A stretch of 32,000 nucleotides of DNA, taken from NCBI RefSeq assembly GCF_900095195.1, contig NZ_LT606950.1, positions 90,001 to 122,000 of the forward strand, given 5' to 3'. Origin of the DNA: Polynucleobacter necessarius (lineage in GTDB: Bacteria; Pseudomonadota; Gammaproteobacteria; Burkholderiales; Burkholderiaceae). The notes beneath the pieces are model-generated. The model saw only the letters and a program-made list of their open reading frames with translations. It did no database searches and was not told where the DNA came from. A program made the position numbers and the translations under genes. Positions 1 to 12,053 of this stretch are shown here, piece by piece; position 1 is the first letter of the stretch; each line of letters opens with the position of its first letter.

Positions 1-1
1 C

Positions 2-643
2 GTTGGTTTGGGGCAGTCACCCAAGATTGGATTTCCAGGAGCGGTTGCTGGAACCGTACATCCATTTAAAAAATGGATGCCAACCGATCAAGCGCGAATT
101 GCATTTGGTTATGGCATTTCTGCTTCACTGTTTCAGGTCGCTCGCGCCTATACCGTATTCGCACGTGACGGTGAATTAGTGCCGCTCACCATTGAGCGCA
201 GTCCGGATGTTAAGCCTGGAACGCGAGTGCTCTCTGCCAAAACTGCTATTGAGATGCGTGAGATGTTAGAGACGGTAACGGAGCCGGGCGGCACCGCTGT
301 TAAGGCGCAGGCAGAGGGGTATCGTGTTGGCGGCAAAACCGGAACAGCTCATAAATTGGTTGGTAAAGGTTATGGCAATAAATACCGCGCCTATTTTGCT
401 GGCTTAGCTCCAATCAGCTCTCCAAGAATTGTGGTAGCGGTAATGGTTGATGAGCCTACGGGTGGTAGTCACTATGGCGGCGATGGCGCTGCACCTGTCT
501 TTTCAACTATTGTTGGTGAAACATTGAGAGCGCTGAATGTGCTGCCTGACAGCAAGGTGAAGCAAATGGCTCTGGATGAAAAGAAGCCAGCAGACACTCG
601 TGCTGCAAATATTCAAACGCAACATGTGGCATTGAAAAGATGA
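2..643 (+). CDS. ftsI: Peptidoglycan D,D-transpeptidase FtsI (PBP3), C-terminal part; the 5' end lies outside the window
   Basis: The frame is open from the window edge. The translation contains the penicillin-binding KTG box (VGGKTGTAHK) and a PBP transpeptidase C-terminus. It sits directly upstream of murE with an ATGA stop/start overlap at 640-643. Confidence 0.9.
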   Translation, partial: VGLGQSPKIGFPGAVAGTVHPFKKWMPTDQARIAFGYGISASLFQVARAYTVFARDGELVPLTIERSPDVKPGTRVLSAKTAIEMREMLETVTEPGGTAVKAQAEGYRVGGKTGTAHKLVGKGYGNKYRAYFAGLAPISSPRIVVAVMVDEPTGGSHYGGDGAAPVFSTIVGETLRALNVLPDSKVKQMALDEKKPADTRAANIQTQHVALKR

Positions 644-2187
644 GGGTGGCATTGAAAATAGATCCCAGTCATCTGATTGAGCATCTCAATTCTCTAGTGG
701 ATGCATCGGCAAAGGTAAGTGCCGATAGTCGCCAAATTCGAGCTGGAGATATCTTTTTTGCATATCCGGTAGGACATGGCAAGGCGTTGCGCGATGGCCG
801 TCAGTTTATTGATGCCACATTGGCGAACGGCGCTGCAGCAGTAGTGTTCGATCCACTGGGTTTCGAACACTATTTAAATTACTCTCAATGTTTTGCTGTT
901 GAAAATCTTGCGGATAACGTAGGCAGGCTCTGTGCTGATTGGTACGATGAGCCAAGCAAGCAATTAAAAATGATTGGCGTTACCGGAACAAACGGTAAAA
1001 CCAGTATTACTCAATGGCTGGCTAAAACGTTAAACCAGCCAAACCATCGTGTAGCGGTTTTAGGTACTTTGGGAACCGGCTTTCCCGGGTCATTAGAAAA
1101 AACTGGATACACCACTCCAGATGCACCAAAACTCCAAACTCAGTTAAAGGATCTGTTAGTTGCTGGTGCGAAACAGGTGGTGATGGAAGTTTCTTCTCAT
1201 GCACTACATCAAGGGCGAATTGGTGGCACTTGGTTTAATTGCGCCATATTTACAAACTTGACGCAAGATCACCTCGATTACCACGAGAGCATGGCAAATT
1301 ATGCTGAGGCTAAGGCAAAGCTATTTAATCAAACTGGCCTAGAGCATGCTGTAGTGAATTTGGATGATTCTTTTGGTCGCAAATTAGCCATGAGTCTGTT
1401 GGCTCGAAAAGATTTGCAGGTATGGGCATACGCCCTAAACAAAGACACATTTAACGATTTTGAAAAATTTGGTAATCGCCTGCAGCGCATCTATGCAAGT
1501 AATAGTGTCTTCAATGGCACGGGGTACAACACACTATTTACACAAGAGGGCTTTGATTCTGAGACTTTGCATGTCCCGCTGTTGGGCGAATTTAACCTCA
1601 GTAACGCATTGGCAGTTTGGACGGTCTTGTTGACTCAAGGAATTTCTGGAAATGAGGCTGGCAAGCGAGTAAGCCAATTGCAGCCCGTTGTTGGTCGAAT
1701 GGAATTGGTTGCTTTTGGAAAAAATCCGAAAGCGGATAGTCCGTTAGCAATTGTTGACTATGCCCATACTCCGGATGCACTTGAAAAAACATTAGAGTCT
1801 TTACGCCCTATTGCAGACCAACGTGGTGGAAAGTTGTGGTGCGTATTTGGCTGCGGAGGGGATCGCGATACTGGTAAGCGTGCGCAAATGGGCGCGGTTG
1901 CTGCAAGTTTGGCGGATCAAGTAATTGTTACCAGCGATAACCCCCGCTCAGAGGATCCACAAGCCATTGCAGCCATGATTCTCCAGGGTGTAGGTTCAAA
2001 AACCGCTTATGTGCAAACGATTGTTGACCGAGCGGCAGCAATCATGACGGCGATTCGTCATGTGGATGGGCGCGATATTGTTTTGGTTGCAGGTAAGGGG
2101 CACGAAACTACCCAAGAAATCCATGGCAAAAGTTTTGATTTTTCGGATCAAGAGCATATTCGTCTTGCTGGGGGAGGATTGATCTGA
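640..2187 (+). CDS. murE: UDP-N-acetylmuramoyl-L-alanyl-D-glutamate--2,6-diaminopimelate ligase
   Basis: 515-aa ORF with the Mur-ligase P-loop GVTGTNGKTS and the MurE-typical SDNPRSEDP motif. It occupies the canonical dcw position between ftsI and murF. Confidence 0.95.
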   Translation: MRVALKIDPSHLIEHLNSLVDASAKVSADSRQIRAGDIFFAYPVGHGKALRDGRQFIDATLANGAAAVVFDPLGFEHYLNYSQCFAVENLADNVGRLCADWYDEPSKQLKMIGVTGTNGKTSITQWLAKTLNQPNHRVAVLGTLGTGFPGSLEKTGYTTPDAPKLQTQLKDLLVAGAKQVVMEVSSHALHQGRIGGTWFNCAIFTNLTQDHLDYHESMANYAEAKAKLFNQTGLEHAVVNLDDSFGRKLAMSLLARKDLQVWAYALNKDTFNDFEKFGNRLQRIYASNSVFNGTGYNTLFTQEGFDSETLHVPLLGEFNLSNALAVWTVLLTQGISGNEAGKRVSQLQPVVGRMELVAFGKNPKADSPLAIVDYAHTPDALEKTLESLRPIADQRGGKLWCVFGCGGDRDTGKRAQMGAVAASLADQVIVTSDNPRSEDPQAIAAMILQGVGSKTAYVQTIVDRAAAIMTAIRHVDGRDIVLVAGKGHETTQEIHGKSFDFSDQEHIRLAGGGLI

Positions 2188-3629
2188 TGACCATGATGTC
2201 CCTTGCTCAAGTTCATGCGATGTTGCCTGGAAGCGTTTTATTGAATATTGCTCCAGAGGCGGCAAGTGCACTATCGCTCATAAGAGTTGGGACTGATAGT
2301 CGCCAAATTGATGCTGGCGAATTATTTGTAGCATTATCTGGTGAACGTTTTGATGCCCACGACTTCTTGGAAGAAGTTGCCAATAAAGGTGCTCGAGCTG
2401 CGGTCATTAGCAACAAAGAGGGATGCCCCGTCAATTTACCGGCTGTATATGTCAGTGATACACGAGTTGGATTGGGTAATCTTGCAAAAGCTTGGCGCGC
2501 AATACATAAAATTCCTTTGGCTTTGGTGACCGGTAGTAACGGGAAGACTACCGTTAAAGAAATGATTGCAGCAATTTTTAAGGCTGCTGTTGGCGAAAGT
2601 CACACCTTGGTGACGAAAGGTAATCTCAATAACGATATTGGCCTACCTTTAACCTTACTCAAGTTGCGCTCAAGTGATCAATTGGCTGTTGTCGAGTTAG
2701 GGATGAATCATCCTAGCGAGACAGCGCAATTGGCGGTAATTGCTCAGGCAAATATTGCTCTGATTAACAATGCTCAACGTGAGCATCAAGAATTTATGGC
2801 TACGGTTGCTGCAGTAGCGGAGGAGCATGCGGATGCCATTCGTACCTTACCTCAAGGTGGAGTGGCGGTATTCCCGGCGGACTCCGATTTCACATCCGTT
2901 TGGCGCAAAGCTGCCGACTCAAGAAAAGTGATTGATTTTGCCTTGCCATCTTCTTCGTCTGATGTGGCAGCCTCAGTAACTGGCCGTCTACTCAATAACG
3001 GTAGTGTAGAAATTGTGACCGATGGCGGAAGTATTCAGGTTCAACTCAATACGCTTGGTAACCATAATGTACGCAACGCTTTAGCTGCAACAGCTGTAGC
3101 TTTAGCGGCAGAAATTTCTCTCGAGAAAATCAAGCAAGGCTTGGAGTCATTTGTTCCAATAAATGGCCGCATGCAGGCAAAGAAAATTGAGTTAAACGTT
3201 GCTTTGATTGATGACAGCTATAACGCGAACCCAGATTCTGTTCGTGCAGCAATTGATGCATTGAAGCAGTCCGGAACTCCTGCCTGGCTGGTATTGGGTG
3301 ATATGGGTGAAGTTAGCGATCAGGGGCCAGAGTTCCACCGTGAAGTCGGCTCCTATGCGGCAGAGCAAGGGGTTGCCAAACTTTTTGTAATAGGTGATCT
3401 TTGCCAGTTTGCTCTCAAAGGGTTTCAGAAGATTGCAAAAAATAATCCCGCCTTTGAGGGGCTCCACTTTGCGGATGTGGATAGCTTGATTGCCCACTTG
3501 CGTATGGCAATGCAGACGCAATTGGCTAATAGCAATAGTCATTTAAATATTTTGGTGAAAGGTTCTCGTTTTATGCGCATGGAGCGTGTAGTGCAAGCCT
3601 TGTTAGAGGAGGCGAAAACATGCTCTTGA
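2187..3629 (+). CDS. murF: UDP-N-acetylmuramoyl-tripeptide--D-alanyl-D-alanine ligase
   Basis: 480-aa ORF with the Mur-ligase P-loop VTGSNGKTT. It has a TGATG overlap with the murE stop and sits in the dcw position before mraY. Confidence 0.95.
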   Translation: MTMMSLAQVHAMLPGSVLLNIAPEAASALSLIRVGTDSRQIDAGELFVALSGERFDAHDFLEEVANKGARAAVISNKEGCPVNLPAVYVSDTRVGLGNLAKAWRAIHKIPLALVTGSNGKTTVKEMIAAIFKAAVGESHTLVTKGNLNNDIGLPLTLLKLRSSDQLAVVELGMNHPSETAQLAVIAQANIALINNAQREHQEFMATVAAVAEEHADAIRTLPQGGVAVFPADSDFTSVWRKAADSRKVIDFALPSSSSDVAASVTGRLLNNGSVEIVTDGGSIQVQLNTLGNHNVRNALAATAVALAAEISLEKIKQGLESFVPINGRMQAKKIELNVALIDDSYNANPDSVRAAIDALKQSGTPAWLVLGDMGEVSDQGPEFHREVGSYAAEQGVAKLFVIGDLCQFALKGFQKIAKNNPAFEGLHFADVDSLIAHLRMAMQTQLANSNSHLNILVKGSRFMRMERVVQALLEEAKTCS

Positions 3630-4789
3630 TCTTGGCGCAATGGCTGCAAGATGATTTTGGATTTTTGCGGGTCTTCAACTACATCACTTTTAGAGCTGTG
3701 ATGGCAACTGTTACCGCTTTGTTGATTGGCTTGGCTGCTGGACCATGGGTCATTCAAAAGCTGACTGCACTCAAAATGGGTCAGGCTGTACGTACAGATG
3801 GCCCTCAAACCCATTTGGTGAAATCGGGTACGCCAACAATGGGTGGCGTACTTATTCTGATTGGTATTTTTGTCTCTTGCATGCTTTGGGCCGATCTGAG
3901 TAATCGCTTTATTTGGATTGTCATGATTGTTACTTTTGGTTTTGGTGCAGTCGGCTGGGTGGATGACTACCGTAAAGTAGGTCGTAAAGATCCCAAAGGA
4001 ATGGCTTCGAGAGAGAAGTTTTTCTGGCAAACACTCATTGGCTTATTTGCTGCAATCTACTTGGCATTCTCGGTATCTGAGGTGAACAACCTCAAGGTAC
4101 TCCAGCTATTTTATGAGTGGTTGAAGAGTGGCTTTGCTTTAGATCTTCCCGCAAAAACTGATCTCTTGATCCCTTTTATGAAAGAAGTGAGTTATCCATT
4201 AGGAATGATGGGGTTCATCAGCCTGAGTTATTTGGTGATTGTTGGTAGCAGTAATGCGGTGAATTTGACCGATGGTCTGGATGGTTTAGTAATCATGCCC
4301 GTGATTTTGGTGGGTGCAGCGCTTGGTGCGTTTGCGTATGTCATGGGTAATGCTATCTACGCCAAGTACTTACTTTTCCCTTATATTCCGGGCGCTGGCG
4401 AATTGATGATCTTCTGCGGCGCCATGGGTGGGGCAGGACTCGCATTCCTTTGGTACAACACCCATCCTGCACAAGTATTTATGGGTGATGTAGGAGCCTT
4501 AGCGCTCGGTGGTGCATTGGGCACTATTGCGGTAATTGTGCGTCAAGAAATTGTTCTCTTTGTGATGGGCGGTATTTTTGTGGCAGAAACACTTTCCGTT
4601 ATGTTGCAAGTGTTCTGGTTCAAGCGCACGAAAAAGCATTTTGGCGAAGGACGCCGCATTTTCCGAATGGCTCCTTTACATCACCATTTTGAATTGGGTG
4701 GTTGGAAAGAAACACAAGTGGTTGTGCGTTTCTGGATTATCACCATTCTGTTAGTTCTGATTGGCTTATCTAGCTCGAAATTACGTTGA
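3620..4789 (+). CDS. mraY: Phospho-N-acetylmuramoyl-pentapeptide transferase
   Basis: 389-aa polytopic membrane ORF with the MraY motifs [12 protein letters not shown] and APLHHHFE. It overlaps the murF 3' end by 10 nt. Confidence 0.95.
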   Translation: MLLILAQWLQDDFGFLRVFNYITFRAVMATVTALLIGLAAGPWVIQKLTALKMGQAVRTDGPQTHLVKSGTPTMGGVLILIGIFVSCMLWADLSNRFIWIVMIVTFGFGAVGWVDDYRKVGRKDPKGMASREKFFWQTLIGLFAAIYLAFSVSEVNNLKVLQLFYEWLKSGFALDLPAKTDLLIPFMKEVSYPLGMMGFISLSYLVIVGSSNAVNLTDGLDGLVIMPVILVGAALGAFAYVMGNAIYAKYLLFPYIPGAGELMIFCGAMGGAGLAFLWYNTHPAQVFMGDVGALALGGALGTIAVIVRQEIVLFVMGGIFVAETLSVMLQVFWFKRTKKHFGEGRRIFRMAPLHHHFELGGWKETQVVVRFWIITILLVLIGLSSSKLR

Positions 4790-4801
4790 GCCTAAGAATC
4801 C

Positions 4802-6424
4802 ATGCTTACTTTAGAAAATACTTTCGCTAATCCTGTTTCAGTATCTGATGCTGGCTATCAAGCGCCCAGTCGATTCCTTATTTTGGGATTAGGTGAGTCT
4901 GGTGTTGCCATGGCGAAATGGTGCTTACGTAATGGCGCAACAGTGCGTCTTGTTGATACACGTGAGCGAGGAGCATTCTCCGATAAGCAACTCGCATGGC
5001 TTGCGGAGCTTGAATTCGCAGGTTTAAAAGATGCTCACTTTGGCCTACTCAATGAGTCCTTATTAAACGAAATTGATGTGATTGGCATTAGTCCAGGGCT
5101 ATCTCCATCACAAGAGCCGACACAATCATTTTTAGCGAGAGCCCGCAAAGCCCGCATCGATGTTTGGAGTGAAATTGAATTCTTTGCGCGTGCGATTGCG
5201 GCGATATCGCGCATGGCGCAGGCAAAAGAATCCAGTTATTCATCATCGGTACTTGCTATCACTGGTACAAATGGCAAGACAACCACAACGGCACTCACTG
5301 GACAGCTTTGTGAAAGGGCTGGCAAGATAGTTGCAGTTGCGGGAAATATTAGTCCTGCAGCTCTCGATAAGTTGATGACTTGTTTGAACGATGCTGATCA
5401 ACTCGAAGATATGCCCAATATTTGGGTATTAGAGCTCTCGAGTTTTCAATTAGTCTATACCGATTCATTAAATGCTACAGCAGCTACCGTTCTGAATATT
5501 ACGCAAGACCACCTAGATTGGCATGGTGATATGTCTGCTTATGCACAAGCAAAAGCAAAAATATTTGGGGCCGACACAGTTTGCATTTTGAATCGCGATG
5601 ATCCAGCAGTTATGGGTTTACTGGCAGATGATCAAAGGGTAGAAAAAGCGCTTATTACCTTTGGCTCCAATCGTCCTGATGAGCAGGGTGCATTTGGAAT
5701 TGAGCACGATTTACGTGCCGGGGGCATTGATTGGTTAGTGTGGGCAGAAGTGGATGAGGATCTCAAGCCCAAACCAAAGCATCGTCGTAAGTTAGCAGCA
5801 ATTGAAGAGGACGAGCCATTACGCTTGAAGCGTTTAATTCCGGCAGATGCTTTGCGCATCCGCGGGCGCCATAATGCGTTAAATGCGCTTGCTGCGCTTG
5901 CTCTAGCGCGGTCAGCGAACTTGCCGATGAATGTATTGCTGCATGGTTTACGCGATTACCAGGGTGAGCCACATCGTGTGCAGAGTATTGCGATCGTGAA
6001 CGATGTTGAGTATGTGGACGATAACAAGGGTACAAATGTTGGCGCAACGGTCGCTGCTCTGAATGGTCTGGGAAGTAATGAGGCAAGCAAGCGTATCTGG
6101 CTCATTGCTGGTGGCGATGGCAAGGGTCAAGACTTTAGTCCACTACGAGAGCCAGCACTGCGATTTGTGAAGGGTGTTTTCCTCATTGGTAAAGATGGCG
6201 AAAAAATATCACAAGCATTGGGCAATAGCATCCCATGTATTAATAGTGGCAATTTGCAGGCTGCAGTCCAGGCCGCTGCTGCTCAAGCGGTTTCTGGGGA
6301 CTTAGTTTTGTTATCTCCTGCATGCGCTAGCTTAGATCAGTTCCGAGATTATAAAGAGCGTGCACATGTATTCGCTTCGGAAGTAGAAGAGTTGAGCATG
6401 CGATTCGAAGGGGTTCAGGCATGA
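4802..6424 (+). CDS. murD: UDP-N-acetylmuramoylalanine--D-glutamate ligase
   Basis: 540-aa ORF with an N-terminal Rossmann-like GLGESG and the Mur-ligase P-loop ITGTNGKTTT. It sits in the dcw position between mraY and ftsW. It contains an in-frame charged insert at about 5740-5830. Confidence 0.93.
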   Translation: MLTLENTFANPVSVSDAGYQAPSRFLILGLGESGVAMAKWCLRNGATVRLVDTRERGAFSDKQLAWLAELEFAGLKDAHFGLLNESLLNEIDVIGISPGLSPSQEPTQSFLARARKARIDVWSEIEFFARAIAAISRMAQAKESSYSSSVLAITGTNGKTTTTALTGQLCERAGKIVAVAGNISPAALDKLMTCLNDADQLEDMPNIWVLELSSFQLVYTDSLNATAATVLNITQDHLDWHGDMSAYAQAKAKIFGADTVCILNRDDPAVMGLLADDQRVEKALITFGSNRPDEQGAFGIEHDLRAGGIDWLVWAEVDEDLKPKPKHRRKLAAIEEDEPLRLKRLIPADALRIRGRHNALNALAALALARSANLPMNVLLHGLRDYQGEPHRVQSIAIVNDVEYVDDNKGTNVGATVAALNGLGSNEASKRIWLIAGGDGKGQDFSPLREPALRFVKGVFLIGKDGEKISQALGNSIPCINSGNLQAAVQAAAAQAVSGDLVLLSPACASLDQFRDYKERAHVFASEVEELSMRFEGVQA

Positions 6425-7692
6425 ACTTAAGAGAAAAATTCTTTCCACAAAACCGTCTCGGCTTAGATCGATTCTGGAATTTCTCTAAAGGTGGAATTGA
6501 TAATTTCCGCACAGGATTACGCGATGCGGTATCGGGTGTTGAGCAGACGCGCTCGCGCATGATGGAGTATGACCAACTGTTAGTTTGGGCAGTTTTATCA
6601 CTCATGTTGATTGGTTTGGTAATGGTGTATTCCGCCTCAATTACTTTGGCAGATAGCCCCAAATACGCCAATTACAGTAGTAATTACTTTTTAGTTCGAC
6701 ATTTAATCTCATTGGTTATTGCCATTGTGGTGGGCATTTGGGCGTTCAAAATTCCATCTAAGGTTTGGGATCGTTATTCGCCCGTGATTTTTGGATTTAC
6801 CGTTCTATTGCTTATTTTGGTTCTGATTCCTGGAATTGGTAAGGGTGTTAATGGGGCTAGACGTTGGATTTCGTTGGGAGTCATGAACTTTCAACCTTCC
6901 GAGTTGATGAAGTTTGCCGCCGTGATATTTGCCGCAAGCTATACCGTACAACGCCAAGAGTATTTGCATTCCTTCGCCAAAGGAATGCTGCCAATGGGTA
7001 TTGCGGTTGCTCTCGTGGGCGGTCTCTTGATGAAAGAGCCCGAGATGGGGGCGTTCATTGTGATTGCCATCATTGCATTTGGAATTTTGTTTCTTGGTGG
7101 AATCAACGCCAAGCTGTTTGGAGGTCTAGTCGTTGTTGGAATTGCAAGTGCCGTCGCAATCATTGCGCTTTCTCCGTTCAGACAAAAGAGAATTATGGCT
7201 TTTGTAGATCCATGGCAGACAGAGAATGCGGCTAATAAAGGGTATCAATTAACCCATTCGCTAATGGCGTTTGGACGAGGCGAGTGGTTTGGCACAGGTC
7301 TTGGAGGTAGTGTCGAAAAGTTGCATTACTTACCTGAAGCGCACACCGATTTCATCATGGCAGTGATTGGCGAGGAGCTGGGATTTGTTGGTGTCGTCGT
7401 CATGATTTTCCTGTTTTACTGGATTGTGCGTCGCGCATTCTTAATTGGTCGCACCGCTTTGCAATTGGATTGTAGTTTTGCAGGCTTAGCAGCGAAAGGT
7501 GTAGCCATCTGGATTGGTTGGCAAGCCTTTATCAATATGGGGGTGAATTTGGGACTGCTTCCAACGAAAGGATTAACCCTGCCGTTAGTGAGTTATGGCG
7601 GCTCAGGAATTTTGATGAATGCAGTAGCAATTGCGATGTTGTTGCGAATTGATTATGAGAATCGTATTTTGATGCGCGGAGGGAAGTTGTGA
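6421..7692 (+). CDS. ftsW: SEDS-family peptidoglycan glycosyltransferase / lipid II flippase FtsW
   Basis: 423-aa multi-TM ORF with the SEDS C-terminal motif PTKGLTLPLVSYGGSG. It has an ATGA overlap with the murD stop. Confidence 0.93.
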   Translation: MNLREKFFPQNRLGLDRFWNFSKGGIDNFRTGLRDAVSGVEQTRSRMMEYDQLLVWAVLSLMLIGLVMVYSASITLADSPKYANYSSNYFLVRHLISLVIAIVVGIWAFKIPSKVWDRYSPVIFGFTVLLLILVLIPGIGKGVNGARRWISLGVMNFQPSELMKFAAVIFAASYTVQRQEYLHSFAKGMLPMGIAVALVGGLLMKEPEMGAFIVIAIIAFGILFLGGINAKLFGGLVVVGIASAVAIIALSPFRQKRIMAFVDPWQTENAANKGYQLTHSLMAFGRGEWFGTGLGGSVEKLHYLPEAHTDFIMAVIGEELGFVGVVVMIFLFYWIVRRAFLIGRTALQLDCSFAGLAAKGVAIWIGWQAFINMGVNLGLLPTKGLTLPLVSYGGSGILMNAVAIAMLLRIDYENRILMRGGKL

Positions 7693-8762
7693 CCAAACCC
7701 TCAATATTAGTGATGGCAGGTGGCACCGGCGGGCATATTTCCCCGGGCCTTGCTGTCGCTGAATATTTACGAATTTGCGGTTGGAATGTGTCTTGGTTGG
7801 GTAATCAAGCCGGTATGGAGTATCGCTTGGTTAAGTCATGCGATTTTCCATTTGAAGCAGTGAAGTTTGGCGGTCTACGAGGTAAGGGTCTTAAGGCAAA
7901 ACTGATGTTGCCATTGAATTTGGCGCGCGCATGTTTTCAGAGTTGGCAGATTATGCGTCGCTTAAAACCGTGCGTTGTTTTGGGTATGGGTGGATACATC
8001 ACTTTTCCAGGTGGCTTGGTTAGTAAATTATTAAAACGTCCATTAGTTTTGCATGAGGCAAATTCAGTGGCGGGAAGTGCCAATCGTGCGCTTGCCAAAA
8101 TTGCTATGCGTGTCTTAACGGGCTTTCCTAATACGATGGATAAAGCAGAGTGGACGGGCAATCCAATACGAGAAGAATTTGATCACATTCAAAAACCAGA
8201 AGTACGCTACGAGCAACGTAACGGACCACTATCTATCCTGGTAGTTGGTGGCAGCCTAGGCGCTGCTGCCTTGAATGAAAATATTCCCGCGGCATTAGCG
8301 TTAATTTCTGAAAACAGTCGGCCGAGCGTTATTCATCAAGCGGGTGATAAACACCTAGTAGATTTACAAAATCGATATGCAGAGTTTGGTGTCAAGGCAG
8401 ATGTTCGGCCTTTTATAGACGATATGCCAACCGCCTATGCTCAAGCCGATTTAGTGATCTGCCGATCTGGTGCGATGACCGTTTCAGAATTGGCGGCATG
8501 TGGTGTGGCTTCTTGCTTGATTCCATTTCCGTACGCAATTGATGATCATCAAACTGCCAATGCTAAATTCTTGGCGGATGCTAATGCGGCTGTGCTATTA
8601 CCCCAAAGCGTAATGAATCCGCGAGATTTAGCTCTAATGATTCAAAACTTTAATCGCAATGACCTGAAAGAGATGGCTATGCGAGCTCATGCGCTCGCTA
8701 AGCCGCACGCAACACAGCGCGTTGCAGAAGTATGTGCAGATTGCGCAGGAGTAGGGGTATGA
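7689..8762 (+). CDS. murG: UDP-N-acetylglucosamine--N-acetylmuramyl-(pentapeptide) pyrophosphoryl-undecaprenol GlcNAc transferase
   Basis: 357-aa ORF with a GTG start in a GTGA overlap with the ftsW stop. It carries the N-terminal GGTGGH motif ([15 protein letters not shown]). Confidence 0.95.
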   Translation: MTKPSILVMAGGTGGHISPGLAVAEYLRICGWNVSWLGNQAGMEYRLVKSCDFPFEAVKFGGLRGKGLKAKLMLPLNLARACFQSWQIMRRLKPCVVLGMGGYITFPGGLVSKLLKRPLVLHEANSVAGSANRALAKIAMRVLTGFPNTMDKAEWTGNPIREEFDHIQKPEVRYEQRNGPLSILVVGGSLGAAALNENIPAALALISENSRPSVIHQAGDKHLVDLQNRYAEFGVKADVRPFIDDMPTAYAQADLVICRSGAMTVSELAACGVASCLIPFPYAIDDHQTANAKFLADANAAVLLPQSVMNPRDLALMIQNFNRNDLKEMAMRAHALAKPHATQRVAEVCADCAGVGV

Positions 8763-10195
8763 AGCATATCGTTCAACAAATTCACTTTGTGGGTATTGGC
8801 GGTGCCGGGATGAGCGGTATTGCTGAGGTCTTATTGAACTTAGGATATCAAGTTGCCGGTTCTGATTTGTCTGAAAGCATCACAACAAGGCGCCTTAAAG
8901 AATTGGGTGCGGTGATTCATATTGGGCATGACCAGAAAAATGTCGGCACCGCCGAGGCGGTGGTCATTTCTACTGCGGTAGCTGGCAATAATCCAGAAGT
9001 TTTGGCAGCTCGTGCTGCAAAGATTCCGGTCATTCAGCGTGCGGTCATGCTGGGTGAGCTAATGCGCTTAAAGCAGGGTATTGCTATCGCCGGAACCCAC
9101 GGCAAAACAACCACAACCAGCTTAGTTGCTTCTGTATTGGCAGAGGGTGGTTTGGATCCCACCTTTATCATTGGCGGCAAGCTGAACTCTGCTGGTGCGA
9201 ATGCACGCCTTGGTCGAGGTGACTTTATTGTGGTTGAGGCCGATGAATCCGATGCCTCATTCCTGCAGCTATTCCCAGCGATGGAAGTGGTGACCAATAT
9301 TGATGCTGATCATATGGACACCTATCAGCATGACATGGCAAGACTGAAACAAGCATTTGTTCAATTCATTCAGCGTATGCCGTTCTATGGGGTTGCAGTG
9401 CTCTGCATTGATGACGTTAATGTACGTGACATTGTTCCGTTTGTTTCGCAGCCTGTATTGCGTTATGGGCTCTCCGAGGACGCGGATATTCGTGCGAGTA
9501 ATGTGCGTGCCGATGGGACACGGATGCACTTCACGGTTGATCGTAAGACAATTCGTCGTCATGGAAATAAACCGGGCCCACTCAATATCACCTTGAATTT
9601 ACCTGGCTTACATAACGTTCGTAACGCTTTAGCCGCTATTGGTATTGCGACAGAATTGGGTGTTGGTGATGAAGCCATCATTAAAGCCTTGTCTGAGTTT
9701 GGTGGTGTTGGACGTCGATTCCAGCGTTATGGCGATATTCCTTTGGCGTCTGGTGGTAGCTTCACCCTGATTGATGATTACGGCCACCACCCTGTAGAGA
9801 TGGCCGCAACGTTGGCAGCAGCACGTGGTGCATATCCGGAACGCCGTTTGGTGCTGGCATTTCAGCCACATCGCTACACCAGAACGCGCGATTGCTTCGA
9901 TGAGTTTGTGCAGGTATTGCGTAACTTTGACGCCTTGGTACTAACAGAGGTTTATCCGGCGGGTGAGGCAAAGATTCCAGGAGCGGATGGTAAGAGTTTG
10001 ATGAAAGCCACCTTAGCAGAAGACAAAAAATCTAAAGCATTGCTCAATTCTGCTGCGGTGGCATTTGCAAATAATGTAGCCGAGATGCCAGAAAAATTAA
10101 GCCAGGTTTTACAAGATGGAGATGTATTAATCACGTTGGGCGCAGGTTCCATTTCAGGGTTGCCTCATGCCTTAGCGGAGGCGAAGAATGTCTAA
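8759..10195 (+). CDS. murC: UDP-N-acetylmuramate--L-alanine ligase
   Basis: ORF track frame 8732..10195. I place the start at ATG 8759, which forms an ATGA overlap with the murG stop and gives [23 protein letters not shown]. The P-loop is [10 protein letters not shown]. Confidence 0.94.
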   Translation: MKHIVQQIHFVGIGGAGMSGIAEVLLNLGYQVAGSDLSESITTRRLKELGAVIHIGHDQKNVGTAEAVVISTAVAGNNPEVLAARAAKIPVIQRAVMLGELMRLKQGIAIAGTHGKTTTTSLVASVLAEGGLDPTFIIGGKLNSAGANARLGRGDFIVVEADESDASFLQLFPAMEVVTNIDADHMDTYQHDMARLKQAFVQFIQRMPFYGVAVLCIDDVNVRDIVPFVSQPVLRYGLSEDADIRASNVRADGTRMHFTVDRKTIRRHGNKPGPLNITLNLPGLHNVRNALAAIGIATELGVGDEAIIKALSEFGGVGRRFQRYGDIPLASGGSFTLIDDYGHHPVEMAATLAAARGAYPERRLVLAFQPHRYTRTRDCFDEFVQVLRNFDALVLTEVYPAGEAKIPGADGKSLMKATLAEDKKSKALLNSAAVAFANNVAEMPEKLSQVLQDGDVLITLGAGSISGLPHALAEAKNV

Positions 10196-11195
10196 GCAAG
10201 ATATGAGCCTCTGGGGTGATCGCGTAAAGCTACGCTTGGCGAATTTGAATGTTAAGGCGTTCGGCCGTGTAGGTGTTTTGCTGGGTGGGAAATCTGGCGA
10301 GCGTGAGATTTCATTGATGTCTGGCAATGGTGTATTACAGGCATTGCTATCCAAAGGTGTTGACGCTCATCCGTTTGATCCGGGTGTACGCAATCCAACC
10401 GAGTTGACGTCCGAAAATTTTGATCGCGTGTTTATTTCGTTACATGGCCGCTATGGTGAAGATGGCACCATTCAGGGTTTATTGGACTTACTGGAATTGC
10501 CATATACCGGTAGTGGTGTCCTTGCTTCCGCCTTATCAATCGACAAAATTGTTACCAAACAGGTTTGGATTAGTAATGGACTATCCACTCCCAAGTTTGA
10601 AGAGTTAACAGCCAATAGTGATTGGAATGCAGTAGTAAAGAATTTGGGTTTGCCACTGATCGTCAAGCCTGCCAATGAGGGTTCTTCTCTGGGTTTAACA
10701 AAAGTGAAGTCGGTAGAAGAGTTGCCTGCTGCTTATCAGCTTGTTGCGGGACTTGATAAAAAAGTGATTGCTGAAGCTTGTATTGTTGGCGATGAGTTAA
10801 CTTGCCCGTTGGTCGGTCAATGGAGTAGCGCAGAAGCTTTGCCCGTTATCAAAATTATCCCGCCTCAAGCTAATTACGATTTTCATAACAAGTATTTCTC
10901 GGATGAGACGCAGTATCTTTGCCCAACAGGACTGCCATCTGAGGTGAATGAGCAAGTGCAAGAGCTTGCTTTGGCAGCCTACAGAGCACTTGGTTGCAGG
11001 ACATGGGGGCGTGCCGACGTCATGTTAGATCAAAAGACTGGCAAACCCTATTTATTAGAAATGAATACCTCGCCAGGTATGACGTCGCATTCGTTGGTGC
11101 CAATGGCTGCAAAGGCAGCTGGTGTCGAGTACGCCGATTTAGTGCTTTGGTTGCTGAGTCAAACGCTACAGCAGAAAGAGGGCGCCCCTGCATGA
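10188..11195 (+). CDS. ddl: D-alanine--D-alanine ligase
   Basis: 335-aa ATP-grasp ORF with [23 protein letters not shown] and [10 protein letters not shown] motifs. It overlaps the murC end by 8 nt. Confidence 0.95.
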   Translation: MSKQDMSLWGDRVKLRLANLNVKAFGRVGVLLGGKSGEREISLMSGNGVLQALLSKGVDAHPFDPGVRNPTELTSENFDRVFISLHGRYGEDGTIQGLLDLLELPYTGSGVLASALSIDKIVTKQVWISNGLSTPKFEELTANSDWNAVVKNLGLPLIVKPANEGSSLGLTKVKSVEELPAAYQLVAGLDKKVIAEACIVGDELTCPLVGQWSSAEALPVIKIIPPQANYDFHNKYFSDETQYLCPTGLPSEVNEQVQELALAAYRALGCRTWGRADVMLDQKTGKPYLLEMNTSPGMTSHSLVPMAAKAAGVEYADLVLWLLSQTLQQKEGAPA

Positions 11196-12049
11196 GTAAT
11201 TTCATGGACCGGTTCGGCGAAATTTTTGCCATGCTGATGTCACCGCTCTGGAATCACCCAGATCGGATGCAAAAGCTCAGCCGTTTCTTGATGCGATGCT
11301 TTGTTGTAATGATGGCTATTGGAATACTGGTGTGGTTAAGTCAACGTCCTGTATTTGCATTAAAGCAAATACAGGTAGAGCCAGTAGCTGGTCAAACCTT
11401 AAAGCACATCAAGAAATCGATTGTGCGACAGCAGGTTTTGGAAACCGTGCAAGGAAATTTTTTCAGTGTTCGCCTTGAGGATGTGAAGCGTGGCTTTGAG
11501 AGTATGCCTTGGGTGCGTCATTCCAATGTTCGTCGTGTATGGCCCAATGGTTTGATTGTGAGTATTGAGGAGCAGAAGCCCTTTGGTACTTGGGGTGGCG
11601 CTGACAGTCATCAACTTATTAATGATCACGGTGAAATTTTTGCTGGCCGTGTTTCGGAAATTGGTGACGACGTGCGCTTGATTGATTTTCATGGCCCCAA
11701 AGATGCAGGTAAAGAAGTCATGAGTCTTTATGAAAAAGCCAATAACTGGTTTAAGCCTTGGGGTTCTGAGGTGACAAGTTTGGCGTTGACTGAGCGATAT
11801 GCATGGCACATCAAGCTCTCCAATGGCATGAGAGTGGAGTTTGGTCGAGACGAGGAAAGCTCCGATAAGACACTAATAGAAGAGCGCGTTGCGAGACTCT
11901 TTAAGTATTGGCCACAAGTACAAGAAAAATTGGCCAACCGAATTGATGCGGTGGATTTGCGGTACGCAAATGGTTTTGCGGTTCATCTTGCCTCAGCAAG
12001 TTTGAAAAAGAGTGATGTAGATAGCAAGAAAAGCGATTTGAAGCAATGA
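11192..12049 (+). CDS. ftsQ: Cell division protein FtsQ
   Basis: Frame of ORF 10994..12049. The start is placed at ATG 11192, forming an ATGA overlap with the ddl stop and giving [12 protein letters not shown]. The protein has one N-terminal TM segment followed by a POTRA/FtsQ-type domain. It lies between ddl and ftsA. Confidence 0.88.
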   Translation: MSNFMDRFGEIFAMLMSPLWNHPDRMQKLSRFLMRCFVVMMAIGILVWLSQRPVFALKQIQVEPVAGQTLKHIKKSIVRQQVLETVQGNFFSVRLEDVKRGFESMPWVRHSNVRRVWPNGLIVSIEEQKPFGTWGGADSHQLINDHGEIFAGRVSEIGDDVRLIDFHGPKDAGKEVMSLYEKANNWFKPWGSEVTSLALTERYAWHIKLSNGMRVEFGRDEESSDKTLIEERVARLFKYWPQVQEKLANRIDAVDLRYANGFAVHLASASLKKSDVDSKKSDLKQ

Positions 12050-12053
12050 AGGA

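Noticed and set aside
3539-4030. Long antisense or alternate-frame ORFs: 3539..4030(-), 3192..3542(-), 6864..7235(+), 11399..11809(-), 12183..12563(-), 24087..24443(-), 29196..29591(+), 30885..31193(+)
   Set aside because: All lie entirely inside strongly supported conserved genes. They have low-complexity or Cys/Arg/His-rich shadow-frame composition and no ribosome-binding sites. They are typical shadow ORFs.
5740-5830. A highly charged insert in MurD (EVDEDLKPKPKHRRKLAAIEEDEPLRLKRL) considered as possible foreign or inserted DNA
   Set aside because: It is in frame and flanked on both sides by conserved MurD sequence. It has no repeats or compositional break. It is most simply a lineage-specific surface loop.
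10994-11191. N-terminal extensions offered by the ORF track for ftsQ (10994), murC (8732) and argJ (22386)
   Set aside because: The extensions overlap the upstream gene or the terminator. Internal ATGs at 11192, 8759 and 22419 give canonical N-termini. For ftsQ and murC they also give ATGA coupling with the upstream stop.
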